A stretch of 12,117 nt of DNA, taken from positions 1-12,117 of the forward strand of contig JBCBUK010000034.1 of the NCBI GenBank assembly GCA_039818205.1, in the 5' to 3' direction. The position numbers and the translations under genes were made by a program. Under the pieces are notes generated by a model. It was given only the letters and a program-made list of their open reading frames with translations, was not told the origin of the DNA and made no database searches. Shown in pieces: positions 1 through 8,411 of this stretch (position 1 is the first letter of the stretch; each line of letters opens with the position of its first letter). This DNA comes from Verrucomicrobiota bacterium. Lineage in GTDB: Bacteria; Verrucomicrobiota; Verrucomicrobiia; Opitutales; Cerasicoccaceae.

Positions 1-573
1 GTCTCTGATTGGGCGAAGGTTTTCCATATACAAGTAAATAGATTTAAGGAGATTACGATTTTGCACAACGGCAAGAATCGCCACATCAAATTAAGGAAAA
101 ACTTGAACGGCCCAATTTATAGCCGATCTACCGACGGTTTGGTGAAACGTGAAGACCCCTACATTCTCGATGAGTTTGAGAGCTTTCTCAGCGGCGGCAT
201 ATATGGTGCTCCTCAGAATCTCAAAGAAAACTTTAAATACAATCACTTTATGAATCCCATGACCATTGTTGTCACTGACTTTTCAGATCTAGCCTATGAG
301 TTCCATTTTGGATCAGCCAGAGCACAAACGGAATCAGAAATTAATAGGCAAGAATTTGCGGCAAACATGATATCTCCCGCTAACACACAAGATTTAGTCC
401 CGTATACACTAAGAATATCCAGCCGCTCAACTAAGTCCGACCTGCGATTCAACAACGTAAAATTGAACCTAGAGATATCCGAGCAAATCAAAGGTATGTA
501 TTTTGAGGTCACTCGCGAAAGAATTGCTGAAATTTTAAAACTGTTTGATTCAAATGAAAACAACCCCAACTAA
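1..573 (+). CDS. Hypothetical protein, 5'-truncated by the window edge
   Basis: The frame of ORF 61..573 stays open back to base 1 (VSDWAKVFHIQVNRFKEITI...), so the TTG at 61 is probably not the real start. Its stop overlaps the next gene's start. No family recognised. Confidence 0.7.
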   Translation, partial: VSDWAKVFHIQVNRFKEITILHNGKNRHIKLRKNLNGPIYSRSTDGLVKREDPYILDEFESFLSGGIYGAPQNLKENFKYNHFMNPMTIVVTDFSDLAYEFHFGSARAQTESEINRQEFAANMISPANTQDLVPYTLRISSRSTKSDLRFNNVKLNLEISEQIKGMYFEVTRERIAEILKLFDSNENNPN

Positions 574-1621
574 GTTCACAATCAGCTTCGCGATAATTGC
601 ATTTTTAATTCTCGCTGCATCATTCATCGCGATATTAAAGCACTTCGAGAAGATGGGCAGTGTAATAGCGACCGACTTCACTCAGCCTCCCACGTCGAAT
701 CAAAACAAACCAAAAAACCAGCCTACTTTTACTGCCGAACGCACGCGCATTGCAACTGCTATTAGCAATGAACCAGATACCTCTGCGAATCATGATGACA
801 TTCTAGACTATCTCCGGGGTGAGCTAGGAATTCCGAAGTCCCTATGGTCGGAAAGAATCCAAGAACTCACTCTACTATTTAATAGCGGCAACTATCAGGC
901 TGTTGAGGATTTCGTCTCGAACTGGGCAGATGAGGACCTTCTAGGCGCACTAAACGGGTTAGCCTTAATCAGGGGCTATGAGCACTATTTTAACGTGGAT
1001 ATCCCTTACGACGTTTTCATGGACAAACTACGAAAGCACCCATTGGAGGAGCAGATTGACCTACTTACAAGGGTAGGGCTGACAGAGACCTACATCAATA
1101 CTTTGGCGCAGATGGCGTTAGCCGAGTCGTGGAAAAGCTCTCCAGAAACGTTTTCGATATGGCTGCGAGATGCGCCAAGCATGAACAATCCAATAGCCTT
1201 CGATGCTGTTTTTAGGGAGGCAGCAGAGAGTGGCAACACATTCAAGCTAGCCGAAACATTCCTTGCGCTTCCTAGCGAGGATTCCCGAGGACAATTTTTC
1301 ACTGCACTGACCCTTGAAGAACTGCTACATACCGATCCGGACAAAGTGGCAGCTTACGTTAATTCACGAGAACAAGAACCGCGCCTAGATCTGACGGTTG
1401 GACAGCTTGCAACCATCTACTCAAGTTCCGACCCGATAATCGCCTTAGATTGGGCGAATTCAATTTCTGATCCTGCACATCGCGATGATACCGTATTCAA
1501 TGTTTTAGCGATCTGGGACGATCAAGGGCAGCATAGGAAGGAGGTCGAACAATGGCTCAATGAGAATAGCGGATTCAGTCCCAACCGAGTATCAGAGATA
1601 CTCCACTATTTGAACTACTAA
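554..1621 (+). CDS. Hypothetical membrane-anchored or secreted protein with alpha-helical 'DP..A..W' repeats
   Basis: ATG at 554 preferred over TTG at 545. Basic N-terminus plus hydrophobic helix FTISFAIIAFLILAASFIAIL, a Q/P/N/T-rich linker, then repeat-like units SSPETFSIWL, TDPDKVAAYV, SDPIIALDWANSISDPAHR, EVEQWL. The pattern resembles Verrucomicrobia hypothetical proteins (from recall). Confidence 0.8.
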   Translation: MKTTPTKFTISFAIIAFLILAASFIAILKHFEKMGSVIATDFTQPPTSNQNKPKNQPTFTAERTRIATAISNEPDTSANHDDILDYLRGELGIPKSLWSERIQELTLLFNSGNYQAVEDFVSNWADEDLLGALNGLALIRGYEHYFNVDIPYDVFMDKLRKHPLEEQIDLLTRVGLTETYINTLAQMALAESWKSSPETFSIWLRDAPSMNNPIAFDAVFREAAESGNTFKLAETFLALPSEDSRGQFFTALTLEELLHTDPDKVAAYVNSREQEPRLDLTVGQLATIYSSSDPIIALDWANSISDPAHRDDTVFNVLAIWDDQGQHRKEVEQWLNENSGFSPNRVSEILHYLNY

Positions 1622-1720
1622 AGACGATGTACTCAATCTTACGCGATCTAAATTGGCAACGTTTATGGCCATAAGAGCAATGACTTCAGCTGCGAATGGT
1701 TCAACTAGACCTTTGTCTAA

Positions 1721-1748
1721 TTGATTTCGCGGCGGCATCCGATATAAT
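1721..1748 (+). promoter_or_regulatory. Candidate sigma70-type promoter for the xdhC operon
   Basis: TTGATT (1721-1726), 16-bp spacer, perfect TATAAT (1743-1748), about 105 bp upstream of the xdhC ATG. Confidence 0.45.
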
Positions 1749-1854
1749 CACGAATGGAATGTGACTCTAGCTCGGAGGCTTCGATAAACCACCCCTGAAG
1801 CACGGTAAAATCATCGAAACACACGTACATTCCCAACTTAACCCACAACCAGAA

Positions 1855-2796
1855 ATGTCAAAAGATCCGATCTGGAAACGTTTTGCCAGTACCCTCGATA
1901 CCAGTGAAGAAAAAGATTTCGCACTGGTATCGCTTGTTTCGAAAGAAGGATCCAGCTACTTGCAACCTGGAGCCAGGCTACTGGTCCGAAGTGATGGGTT
2001 CTATATCGGAGAGATCAGCGCCGGATGCCTTGAACAAAAGATTTCATCAGACACAATAGATTGCATCCGCAAGCGAGAACATAAACTGCTGACAGTCGAC
2101 ACCCGCCCATTTTATGGATGTTACGGCACACTTACTCTTCTCATTGAAAGAATTCAGAACATTAGATCTTTCAAACAATTAGTTCACGAAATCAATTTGG
2201 CGACCGATTCAAGGCGGGCAATTCGGCTAATAACCAATTACGGGGACCTCGATAAATGTCAGCTGACAACTCTGGGCTCTCACTGCAATGCCGAATGTAG
2301 TTGCCTTACCCAAACGATAGAACCACCAATAAAATTAGTTACCTTTGGGAAGTGGCCGGATAGCTGCGCTAGTATAGCCATAGCGAAACAGCTAGGTTGG
2401 CACACAAAGGTATTCGGTGATAATGAAACTCTTTTATCCCAGTTTAGGCAAGAAATTGACGAACGAACCGCACTTCTGATTGCGACGCACAACCTGGCTC
2501 AGGACGTAAGCATTCTTCGGGCAGTACTTGATTCTCCGTTTGGTTACATTGGAGTAATTGGCTCGAAGAGGCGTTGGCGGGAAATTGAAAATGCAATCTG
2601 TGATCTGAATGACTATGATTTAATTCAACATTTACAACGCGTTCACTGCCCGGCTGGGCTAGATCTTGGCGGTGAGGGAGCAAATTCGATGGCGCTATCG
2701 ATTGTATCAGAAATTCAGGCCGAAATGTTTGGCAGAGATGGCAATAGGTTAATCGAACGTAATCTTCCAATCCACAGTGATTCAATCACACCATAA
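1855..2796 (+). CDS. xdhC: XdhC/CoxI-family molybdenum cofactor maturation/insertion chaperone
   Basis: N-terminal ALVSLVSKEGSSYLQPGARLLV...GEISAGCLE and GCYG motifs; C-terminal ATHN...D...L...L...YIGVIGSKRR and CPAGLDLGGEGANSMALSIVSEIQA; adjacent to mocA and Mo-hydroxylase genes. Confidence 0.93.
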   Translation: MSKDPIWKRFASTLDTSEEKDFALVSLVSKEGSSYLQPGARLLVRSDGFYIGEISAGCLEQKISSDTIDCIRKREHKLLTVDTRPFYGCYGTLTLLIERIQNIRSFKQLVHEINLATDSRRAIRLITNYGDLDKCQLTTLGSHCNAECSCLTQTIEPPIKLVTFGKWPDSCASIAIAKQLGWHTKVFGDNETLLSQFRQEIDERTALLIATHNLAQDVSILRAVLDSPFGYIGVIGSKRRWREIENAICDLNDYDLIQHLQRVHCPAGLDLGGEGANSMALSIVSEIQAEMFGRDGNRLIERNLPIHSDSITP

Positions 2797-2798
2797 AA

Positions 2799-3428
2799 AT
2801 GATGAGGACAAAAGAACCAATTGGCGCCGTTATTTTGGCGGCCGGGTCCTCCAGCCGACTTGGGGTACCGAAGCAGCTTCTCACATTGAATGGCGAGACT
2901 CTTCTATGCAAAACAATAAGTGCAATCAGAGCAAATATCAATGGCCCGATCGTTGTTGTCACCGGACACGATTCTCAAGCAATCAAACAGTCTTCATCCA
3001 TCCATGAACGGACCGGCAACTTGACTTTTATTCATTGTATAAGCTGGAACGAGGGAATGGGAACGAGCTTAGCATGCGGAGTGAAGCATTTGACGAAAAC
3101 CCATCCTAACTTGTTATCGATCCTGATTTCAGTCTGCGACCAACCATATCTTACAGCCCATGTAATCGAAAATCTTCTTACTATTCACCGATCAATTAAT
3201 TATGAAACGGTTGCGAGTGAATATTCGAATACAGTAGGCCCACCGGCCTTATTTACCAGAAGAGATTTTTCATCCTTAAAAAAGTTGGAAGGAAACAAAG
3301 GCGCAAAGAGCGTCTTAACTAATCGATCAAAATCAGTCGAAAAAGTCCCTTTTCCATTAGGTTCGGTAGACATCGACATAGAAGAGGACCTAGATCTACT
3401 ACACGCCACCAGACAATCCAATATATGA
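2799..3428 (+). CDS. mocA: Molybdenum cofactor cytidylyltransferase (MocA-like NTP transferase)
   Basis: [34 protein letters not shown] and DIDIEEDL motifs; starts 2 nt after the xdhC stop; context fits MCD synthesis. Confidence 0.9.
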   Translation: MMRTKEPIGAVILAAGSSSRLGVPKQLLTLNGETLLCKTISAIRANINGPIVVVTGHDSQAIKQSSSIHERTGNLTFIHCISWNEGMGTSLACGVKHLTKTHPNLLSILISVCDQPYLTAHVIENLLTIHRSINYETVASEYSNTVGPPALFTRRDFSSLKKLEGNKGAKSVLTNRSKSVEKVPFPLGSVDIDIEEDLDLLHATRQSNI

Positions 3429-3889
3429 ACATCACTCTAAAACTAAACGGGGAGTCACATGAGCTTCGCGACGTCGATCCGTCAATGCCACTGCTCTGGG
3501 CAATAAGGGATATCTTGGGCCTTACTGGCACAAAATATGGTTGTGGCATGGCACAGTGCGGCGCATGCACGATTCATCTAAACGATACGCCTACTCGCTC
3601 CTGCATCATGCCAATTACCGCTGCTCAGAATGCTGAGATAACGACGATCGAAGGCCTTTCGCCGGACGGCACGCATCCGGTCCAACAGGCTTGGATCGAT
3701 GAGGACGTTCCACAGTGTGGATATTGCCAAGCCGGACAAATTATGTCGGCCGTAGCCTTATTAAAAAGCCGCCCCGATCCCACCGATGATGATATTGATC
3801 AGTTCATGCGAGGAAATCTGTGTCGCTGCGGAACCTATCCTCGCATTCGGAAAGCCATTAAGAAAGCTGCAAAACAAATTTCAAAATGA
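3425..3889 (+). CDS. iorA: (2Fe-2S)-binding small subunit of a xanthine oxidase-family enzyme (IorA/CoxS-like)
   Basis: [17 protein letters not shown]...SC and QCGYCQAGQ...NLCRCGTY provide two 2Fe-2S ligand sets; ATGA overlap with the mocA stop. Confidence 0.95.
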   Translation: MNITLKLNGESHELRDVDPSMPLLWAIRDILGLTGTKYGCGMAQCGACTIHLNDTPTRSCIMPITAAQNAEITTIEGLSPDGTHPVQQAWIDEDVPQCGYCQAGQIMSAVALLKSRPDPTDDDIDQFMRGNLCRCGTYPRIRKAIKKAAKQISK

Positions 3890-5985
3890 AACCTCTGCTT
3901 ACAGATCGCCGTGAGTTCATGAAAGCAACGGGGCTAACGCTAACCGGATTAATCCTCGGCTTCAGAACTTTACCCGCGGCAAGATTGCCGAAGCAATCCG
4001 GCCAGTTTTCACCCAACGCATTCTTAGCGATAGACCAAAGCACAGGCGTCACTCTAGTCATCTCCTGCCCCGAAATTGGTCAGAACATCCGCACGACCTT
4101 CGCAATGATTCTGGCAGACGAACTCGGCGCAGATCTAGATACCGTGAGCCTTCATCAGGCACCCCCACAGAATGACCTTGGCCGCCAAAACGCTGGAGGT
4201 AGTGGGAGCGTCAGGAACCAATTCATGCCTCTTCGAGAAGCGGCTGCGGCTGCTCGCGAGATGCTCGTAGCTGCCGCAGCGGAAGAGTGGAATGTCTCGC
4301 CAAGTCAATGCCGGACGGAGAAAGGCACTGTGCTCGGCCCTGGCACGAGAAAACGCTCATTTGAGAGTCTTGCCACCCAAGCAAGTCGCCAATCAGTTCC
4401 CCGATCCGCAAAGCTCAAATCACCTGATAATTTCAGGTATATTGGCAAAGCAACCCGCTGCCTCGATACCGCTGCGATCACTCAAGGAAAAATGCAATTT
4501 GGCATAGACGCTCACCCGAAAGATCTCGCTTTCGCCGTCATGATACGCAGTCCGGTTCATCGAGGCAGGTTGAAATCGTTCGATGCAGACGCAGCAATGC
4601 AAATGCGCGGAACAAAAGACATTTTTCAAATTGGAAACAAAATTGCGGTGATCGCAGATAGCACGTGGGCGGCAATTAATGCTGCGCGGACTGTTGTGTT
4701 AGACTGGAATGCGGGAACCAATGGCAGTATAGATAGCGAAACCCTGTTTGAGAAAAGAAAAGAGGCGGTTGGTCGCGATGGAACAGTTTTGATTCAAAGA
4801 GGAAATTTCTCGAAGGCATATTCTGATGCCGCAATAAAAGTTGAAGAAGACTTTTTCGTTCCAACGATTGCTCATGCCAGCTTAGAGCCTCCTAATTCCA
4901 CCGTTTGGTTCCATGACGGTAATGTTGAGATCTGGGGCAGCTGCCAGTTGCTAAATAGGCTGTACGATGACCTTCCAAAGATAACAGGCCTCCCGCGCAG
5001 CAACATCATCTATCACCAGTTGCGGATTGGAGGCGGATTTGGCAGAAAACTCGCCGACGATTACCTGATAGAGGCGATTGAAATTGGTAAGAAGGTTAGC
5101 TATCCAGTTAAAATGACATTCTCACGTGAAGATGATATCCGCCATGATCGCTATCGACTCGCAGACTACTATCGCTATCGAGCTGGCCTTACCGCAGAAG
5201 GCTACCCTGTTGCGATTGAGGAAAGCTTTACCCGGCCTATGAACCAAAGGCAATCTAGGCGCCCAAGCGAAGTCATGCGCCTATTTGAAAACAATGTAAG
5301 GATACATAACCCGGTCGCTCCTGGCCTGCCGGGCGGTGCTTTAAGAGCGCCAGGCCACAATATCACAACTTTCGTGGAGCAATGCTTGATTGATATGATG
5401 GCGGAAGAAGCTCGCGCAGATCCCATCGATTACCATTTGGCCATCAATGGCGATTCTAAAACTCTGAGAAAACTAAGATGGGATAAATCACCACATAGAA
5501 ACCGCATAATCTGCGAGTTACTGAAGCGTGTCAAAGATATGTCGAATTGGAAACAATCAAAGAATTACGGATATGGTGTCGCCACGTTCTCAGGGTACGG
5601 CAGTCATTGTGCGATTGTAGCCTTAGTTTCCAAACAAGGCGGCAAACGCCCTGTAGAGCACCTGTTCTGCGCAGTACATTGCGGACAAGTGATAAACCCG
5701 CTCGGGGCCGAAGCGCAAATCGAAGGAGGAATTGTCGATTCCCTTGGAGCAACTCTTTATCAAAAAATCACCCTCAAAGATGGACGCGTTCAGCAGAGCA
5801 ACTTCCATGATTTCAAACTATTGCGCATAAACGAACAGCCAAAAATAGACATAGAGATCATGGAGTCAACCGATGCCCCTCAAGGACTTGGCGAGGTGTC
5901 CTATCCACCAACGGCGCCAGCGATAACCAATGCTCTTTTTGATGCAACCGGCAGACGATACACCCAGATGCCACTTCGCGCCTAA
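3886..5985 (+). CDS. iorB: Molybdopterin-binding large subunit, isoquinoline 1-oxidoreductase beta / aldehyde oxidoreductase-like, with twin-arginine signal; substrate unknown
   Basis: N-terminal DRREFMK plus hydrophobic stretch; [72 protein letters not shown] motifs; ATGA overlap with the small subunit. Confidence 0.92.
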   Translation: MKPLLTDRREFMKATGLTLTGLILGFRTLPAARLPKQSGQFSPNAFLAIDQSTGVTLVISCPEIGQNIRTTFAMILADELGADLDTVSLHQAPPQNDLGRQNAGGSGSVRNQFMPLREAAAAAREMLVAAAAEEWNVSPSQCRTEKGTVLGPGTRKRSFESLATQASRQSVPRSAKLKSPDNFRYIGKATRCLDTAAITQGKMQFGIDAHPKDLAFAVMIRSPVHRGRLKSFDADAAMQMRGTKDIFQIGNKIAVIADSTWAAINAARTVVLDWNAGTNGSIDSETLFEKRKEAVGRDGTVLIQRGNFSKAYSDAAIKVEEDFFVPTIAHASLEPPNSTVWFHDGNVEIWGSCQLLNRLYDDLPKITGLPRSNIIYHQLRIGGGFGRKLADDYLIEAIEIGKKVSYPVKMTFSREDDIRHDRYRLADYYRYRAGLTAEGYPVAIEESFTRPMNQRQSRRPSEVMRLFENNVRIHNPVAPGLPGGALRAPGHNITTFVEQCLIDMMAEEARADPIDYHLAINGDSKTLRKLRWDKSPHRNRIICELLKRVKDMSNWKQSKNYGYGVATFSGYGSHCAIVALVSKQGGKRPVEHLFCAVHCGQVINPLGAEAQIEGGIVDSLGATLYQKITLKDGRVQQSNFHDFKLLRINEQPKIDIEIMESTDAPQGLGEVSYPPTAPAITNALFDATGRRYTQMPLRA

Positions 5986-6458
5986 ATGTGCTAGTATTAT
6001 TGCCCACCCAGTCGTCGAAAATCATCCCCAACCCGTTTCCAAAGCTCTTAAGGATGAATCTATCTAACATGACTAAATCAGGCCCGGCTTTGCCTTCCTG
6101 TCGATTCACCGCTTTCTGAGGAGCATCTAAGGAGCGGGCGACTTTACGACCAATCTGACTATAGCGAAACACACGTAGCATAAGAACCGTCACCAGACAT
6201 TAAGTACAGTATATATTAATGCATTGTTAGTCCTCCCATAACGCTCGACGCAACTAGGCTAATTTTTTGCTGAGCTCGAGTCGTCACAAAAACCGAACTC
6301 GAAAGCTATTGGCGGCAGCAAAATAGCCGCCGCTGCGCAACGGATCCAATTCGAGTCTCTCAGCCTACACATAAAATAACACTAATAAATCCGAGACGAA
6401 AACCCAACTAAGTGTACAGAATCCTTAGTTCAACAGCAATATATATAATGACGGATGC

Positions 6459-6488
6459 AACCCCAACCCCAACCCCAACCCCAACCCC
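6459..6488. repeat. Perfect hexanucleotide tandem repeat (AACCCC)5 / (GGGGTT)5
   Basis: Read directly: aaccccaaccccaaccccaaccccaacccc, intergenic. Confidence 0.95.
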
Positions 6489-6828
6489 TTAAAGGAATCA
6501 GGCACTAATTCGTGGTCAATTGGGACGTCATTTGTAGATAGCATTCGACTTTCTCAACTGCATCCCGATCACACCAACCCGGCTACCCCGCACAGTTTGC
6601 TTTTCAGCTTCCGACAATACACCATTGTTGCTGTACCATTTTTCCTCCCGGAACTCGGTTGCAAATAGACCGCCCCATCCTAAGAAACTAACGGTACCGA
6701 CCTGAATTCATTCCGATCGAATCTCATGAAGCCCATGCACCACGCGAGCCTTAGGTGAAATAGGATCTCCTAAGTTTACGTGTCGCTCTGCTTCTCGAAA
6801 CAGTAACCAATAATACCCTAGTTACAAA

Positions 6829-7659
6829 ATGAATTGGACAAGAAAGACATCAAGCCTGAGCACTATCATAAGGTTTCTGCTTGGCTCACTAATAGTTACC
6901 TCAATATCAACCGCCAGCGCCCAATCATGGGACAAAACCTGGTGGTTTGGAAGCTCCACCGGAACTTTCGCCCCCGCCTCCTGGGGGAAGCAGACAAACA
7001 CCGTAAATAGAAATGGGGCAAGGTTTGGCATACAGTATAACTCGTCCCGGTGCTTTGTTAACAGCGGACACCTCGTCTGTACCTCCGAAACACGTGACGA
7101 CACCGCCACAAGAAATCGCGCAGGCGGTGGAGCACAAACCTATGCCCGCTACATTCGGCGAGGTGTCGCAGAAGCTAGATTGAGAATGGATCCGGTTTGG
7201 GGCGTCTCACGCGGATCAGGCGCGCATATCAACCAGATCAGACGTTCTCAGGCCGCTTGGTGGCTTTATACTCAAGGAGTATTCACTCCAACGTCACCAA
7301 CAAACAGGGCTTCTGAAGTCGACATCATGGAGGTTGCCGAAGGCCAGATTAAGGGAAATTACTATTGGCGGTTGAACAGCAGCGCTGATGCAGGAAAATC
7401 GACTGTCTCGAGCACGGTCAACATGCTGGCACCGGCAACGTTTAAAACCTATCGAGCAACAATCCCGGCCTCGGGAACAAATGGCACGGTTAGATTCTAT
7501 GTTAATGGCGCCTTGAGGTCGAGTCTACCGAACCGGACACTACCCGTAGACCGTATGAGGCTCATCATCCATAACAAACCTTTCAGATTTGGCACGGCGG
7601 TTGGTAATGGCCCAGTTGCGACCCTGCGAGCCGATTACGCACGATACGATGACCGATAA
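6829..7659 (+). CDS. Secreted glycoside hydrolase family 16-like (beta-jelly-roll) protein, divergent
   Basis: Sec signal ending ASA|Q; AAWWLY resembles the GH16 PAFW strand; catalytic EVDIME (ExDxxE, nt 7315-7332); FKTY...VRFYVNG and C-terminal LRADYARY match FHTY...FYVDG and VDYVRVY. Confidence 0.78.
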   Translation: MNWTRKTSSLSTIIRFLLGSLIVTSISTASAQSWDKTWWFGSSTGTFAPASWGKQTNTVNRNGARFGIQYNSSRCFVNSGHLVCTSETRDDTATRNRAGGGAQTYARYIRRGVAEARLRMDPVWGVSRGSGAHINQIRRSQAAWWLYTQGVFTPTSPTNRASEVDIMEVAEGQIKGNYYWRLNSSADAGKSTVSSTVNMLAPATFKTYRATIPASGTNGTVRFYVNGALRSSLPNRTLPVDRMRLIIHNKPFRFGTAVGNGPVATLRADYARYDDR

Positions 7660-7842
7660 ATCGCGATGATCAAATAGATCGAGCAGATATTCAGATCGAT
7701 CGAATCGAGCCGTCGAATTTGTGGAAGTTGTCTGGTTACCTTGTTGCTCCGCTACATGTATAAAAACGAAACTCTGACGGCAAATAAGATTCATCTGATC
7801 TGTATGTTACGCTGCGTGAAGCAATGAATCGTATGCATTCAT

Positions 7843-7870
7843 GATGCCTGCCGTGAGGCAGGCATCTTCT
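7843..7870 (+). terminator. Strong hairpin: possible terminator, REP-like element or part of a structured RNA
   Basis: GATGCCTGCC-GTGA-GGCAGGCATC is a perfect 10-bp stem with a 4-nt loop, followed only by TTCT (weak U-tract), about 185 bp downstream of the GH16 stop. Confidence 0.35.
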
Positions 7871-8035
7871 CGCAGAACGACAATCTCTAGGAGAAATAGT
7901 TCGACCTGATGGGGCTGAATCAAGACAAATAGCTCACGGAATTCCAGACAACAGCCTACCGACATAAGTGATATTCAATAACCCTCCGGTCAACAGATGA
8001 ACACCACACGCAGAAACATGTTGGTCGAGCTTACG

Positions 8036-8337
8036 TAAATTGATCCGTTTGCATTGTTAGTCTGGTGCCTTAGAAAGAGACCAGACCATGAAAGGGAAAA
8101 GATACACAACTGAACAGAAGATCCGCATCTTGCGTAGCGCCGAGCAAGCTGGCGTAAGCATCCAGGATGTCTGCCTCGAGGCAGGCATTAGCGAACAGAG
8201 TTTCCATCGCTGGAAGAAAGAATTCGGCATGATGGAGCTGGATCAGGCCAAGCAACTGAAGGAGCTTCAAAAGGAAAACGCTCGGCTCAAGCGGATGCTG
8301 GCTGATGAGATGCTAGGCAAGGAACTGCTGAAGGAGG
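8036..8337 (+). mobile_element. IS3-family element A, left-end fragment truncated by IS66
   Basis: Contains an IS3-type orfA that stops abruptly at the IS66 terminus GTAAGCG (8338). The left end is placed tentatively at 8036 (TAAATTGATCCG; 8041 TGATCCG is the alternative). No orfB or right end present. Confidence 0.75.
8088..8337 (+). pseudogene. IS3-family transposase OrfA (HTH), interrupted near its C-terminus
   Basis: MKGKRYTTEQKIRILR...GISEQSFHRWKKEFGMM...LKELQKENARLKRMLAD...LLKE is a classic OrfA. The ORF-track tail GKRPTSV...SHW (to 8402) is IS66-end read-through, and the frameshift site is missing. Confidence 0.88.
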
Positions 8338-8411
8338 GTAAGCGACCGACCAGCGTCCCACTTGACTTAGCAATGTTAACCATTTGCATTTCCCATTGGT
8401 AACGTTTGTGG

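Noticed and set aside
294..5810. Numerous 60-113 aa ORFs overlapping the left-hand genes
   Set aside because: All lie within or antisense to longer, better-supported CDSs and show no motifs.
5858..6193. 111-aa minus-strand ORF overlapping the iorB 3' end
   Set aside because: Overlaps a confident gene antisense and shows no motif or clear start context.
6305..6336. Overlapping short inverted repeats (GCTATT/AATAGC, GGCGGC/GCCGCC, GCAGC/GCTGC)
   Set aside because: Stems of only 5-6 bp with no U-tract, far from any gene end; compatible with chance.
5986..6828. CRISPR array, tRNA or riboswitch in the long intergenic region
   Set aside because: No regularly spaced repeats, cloverleaf or recognisable riboswitch consensus seen by eye; an Rfam scan would be needed to exclude ncRNA.
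8338..8402. C-terminal extension of the 8088..8402 ORF, and likewise the GKRPIFCHLP tail of 10665..11018
   Set aside because: Both GKRP tails are read-through into the IS66 inverted repeats (GGT AAG CG), not genuine protein.
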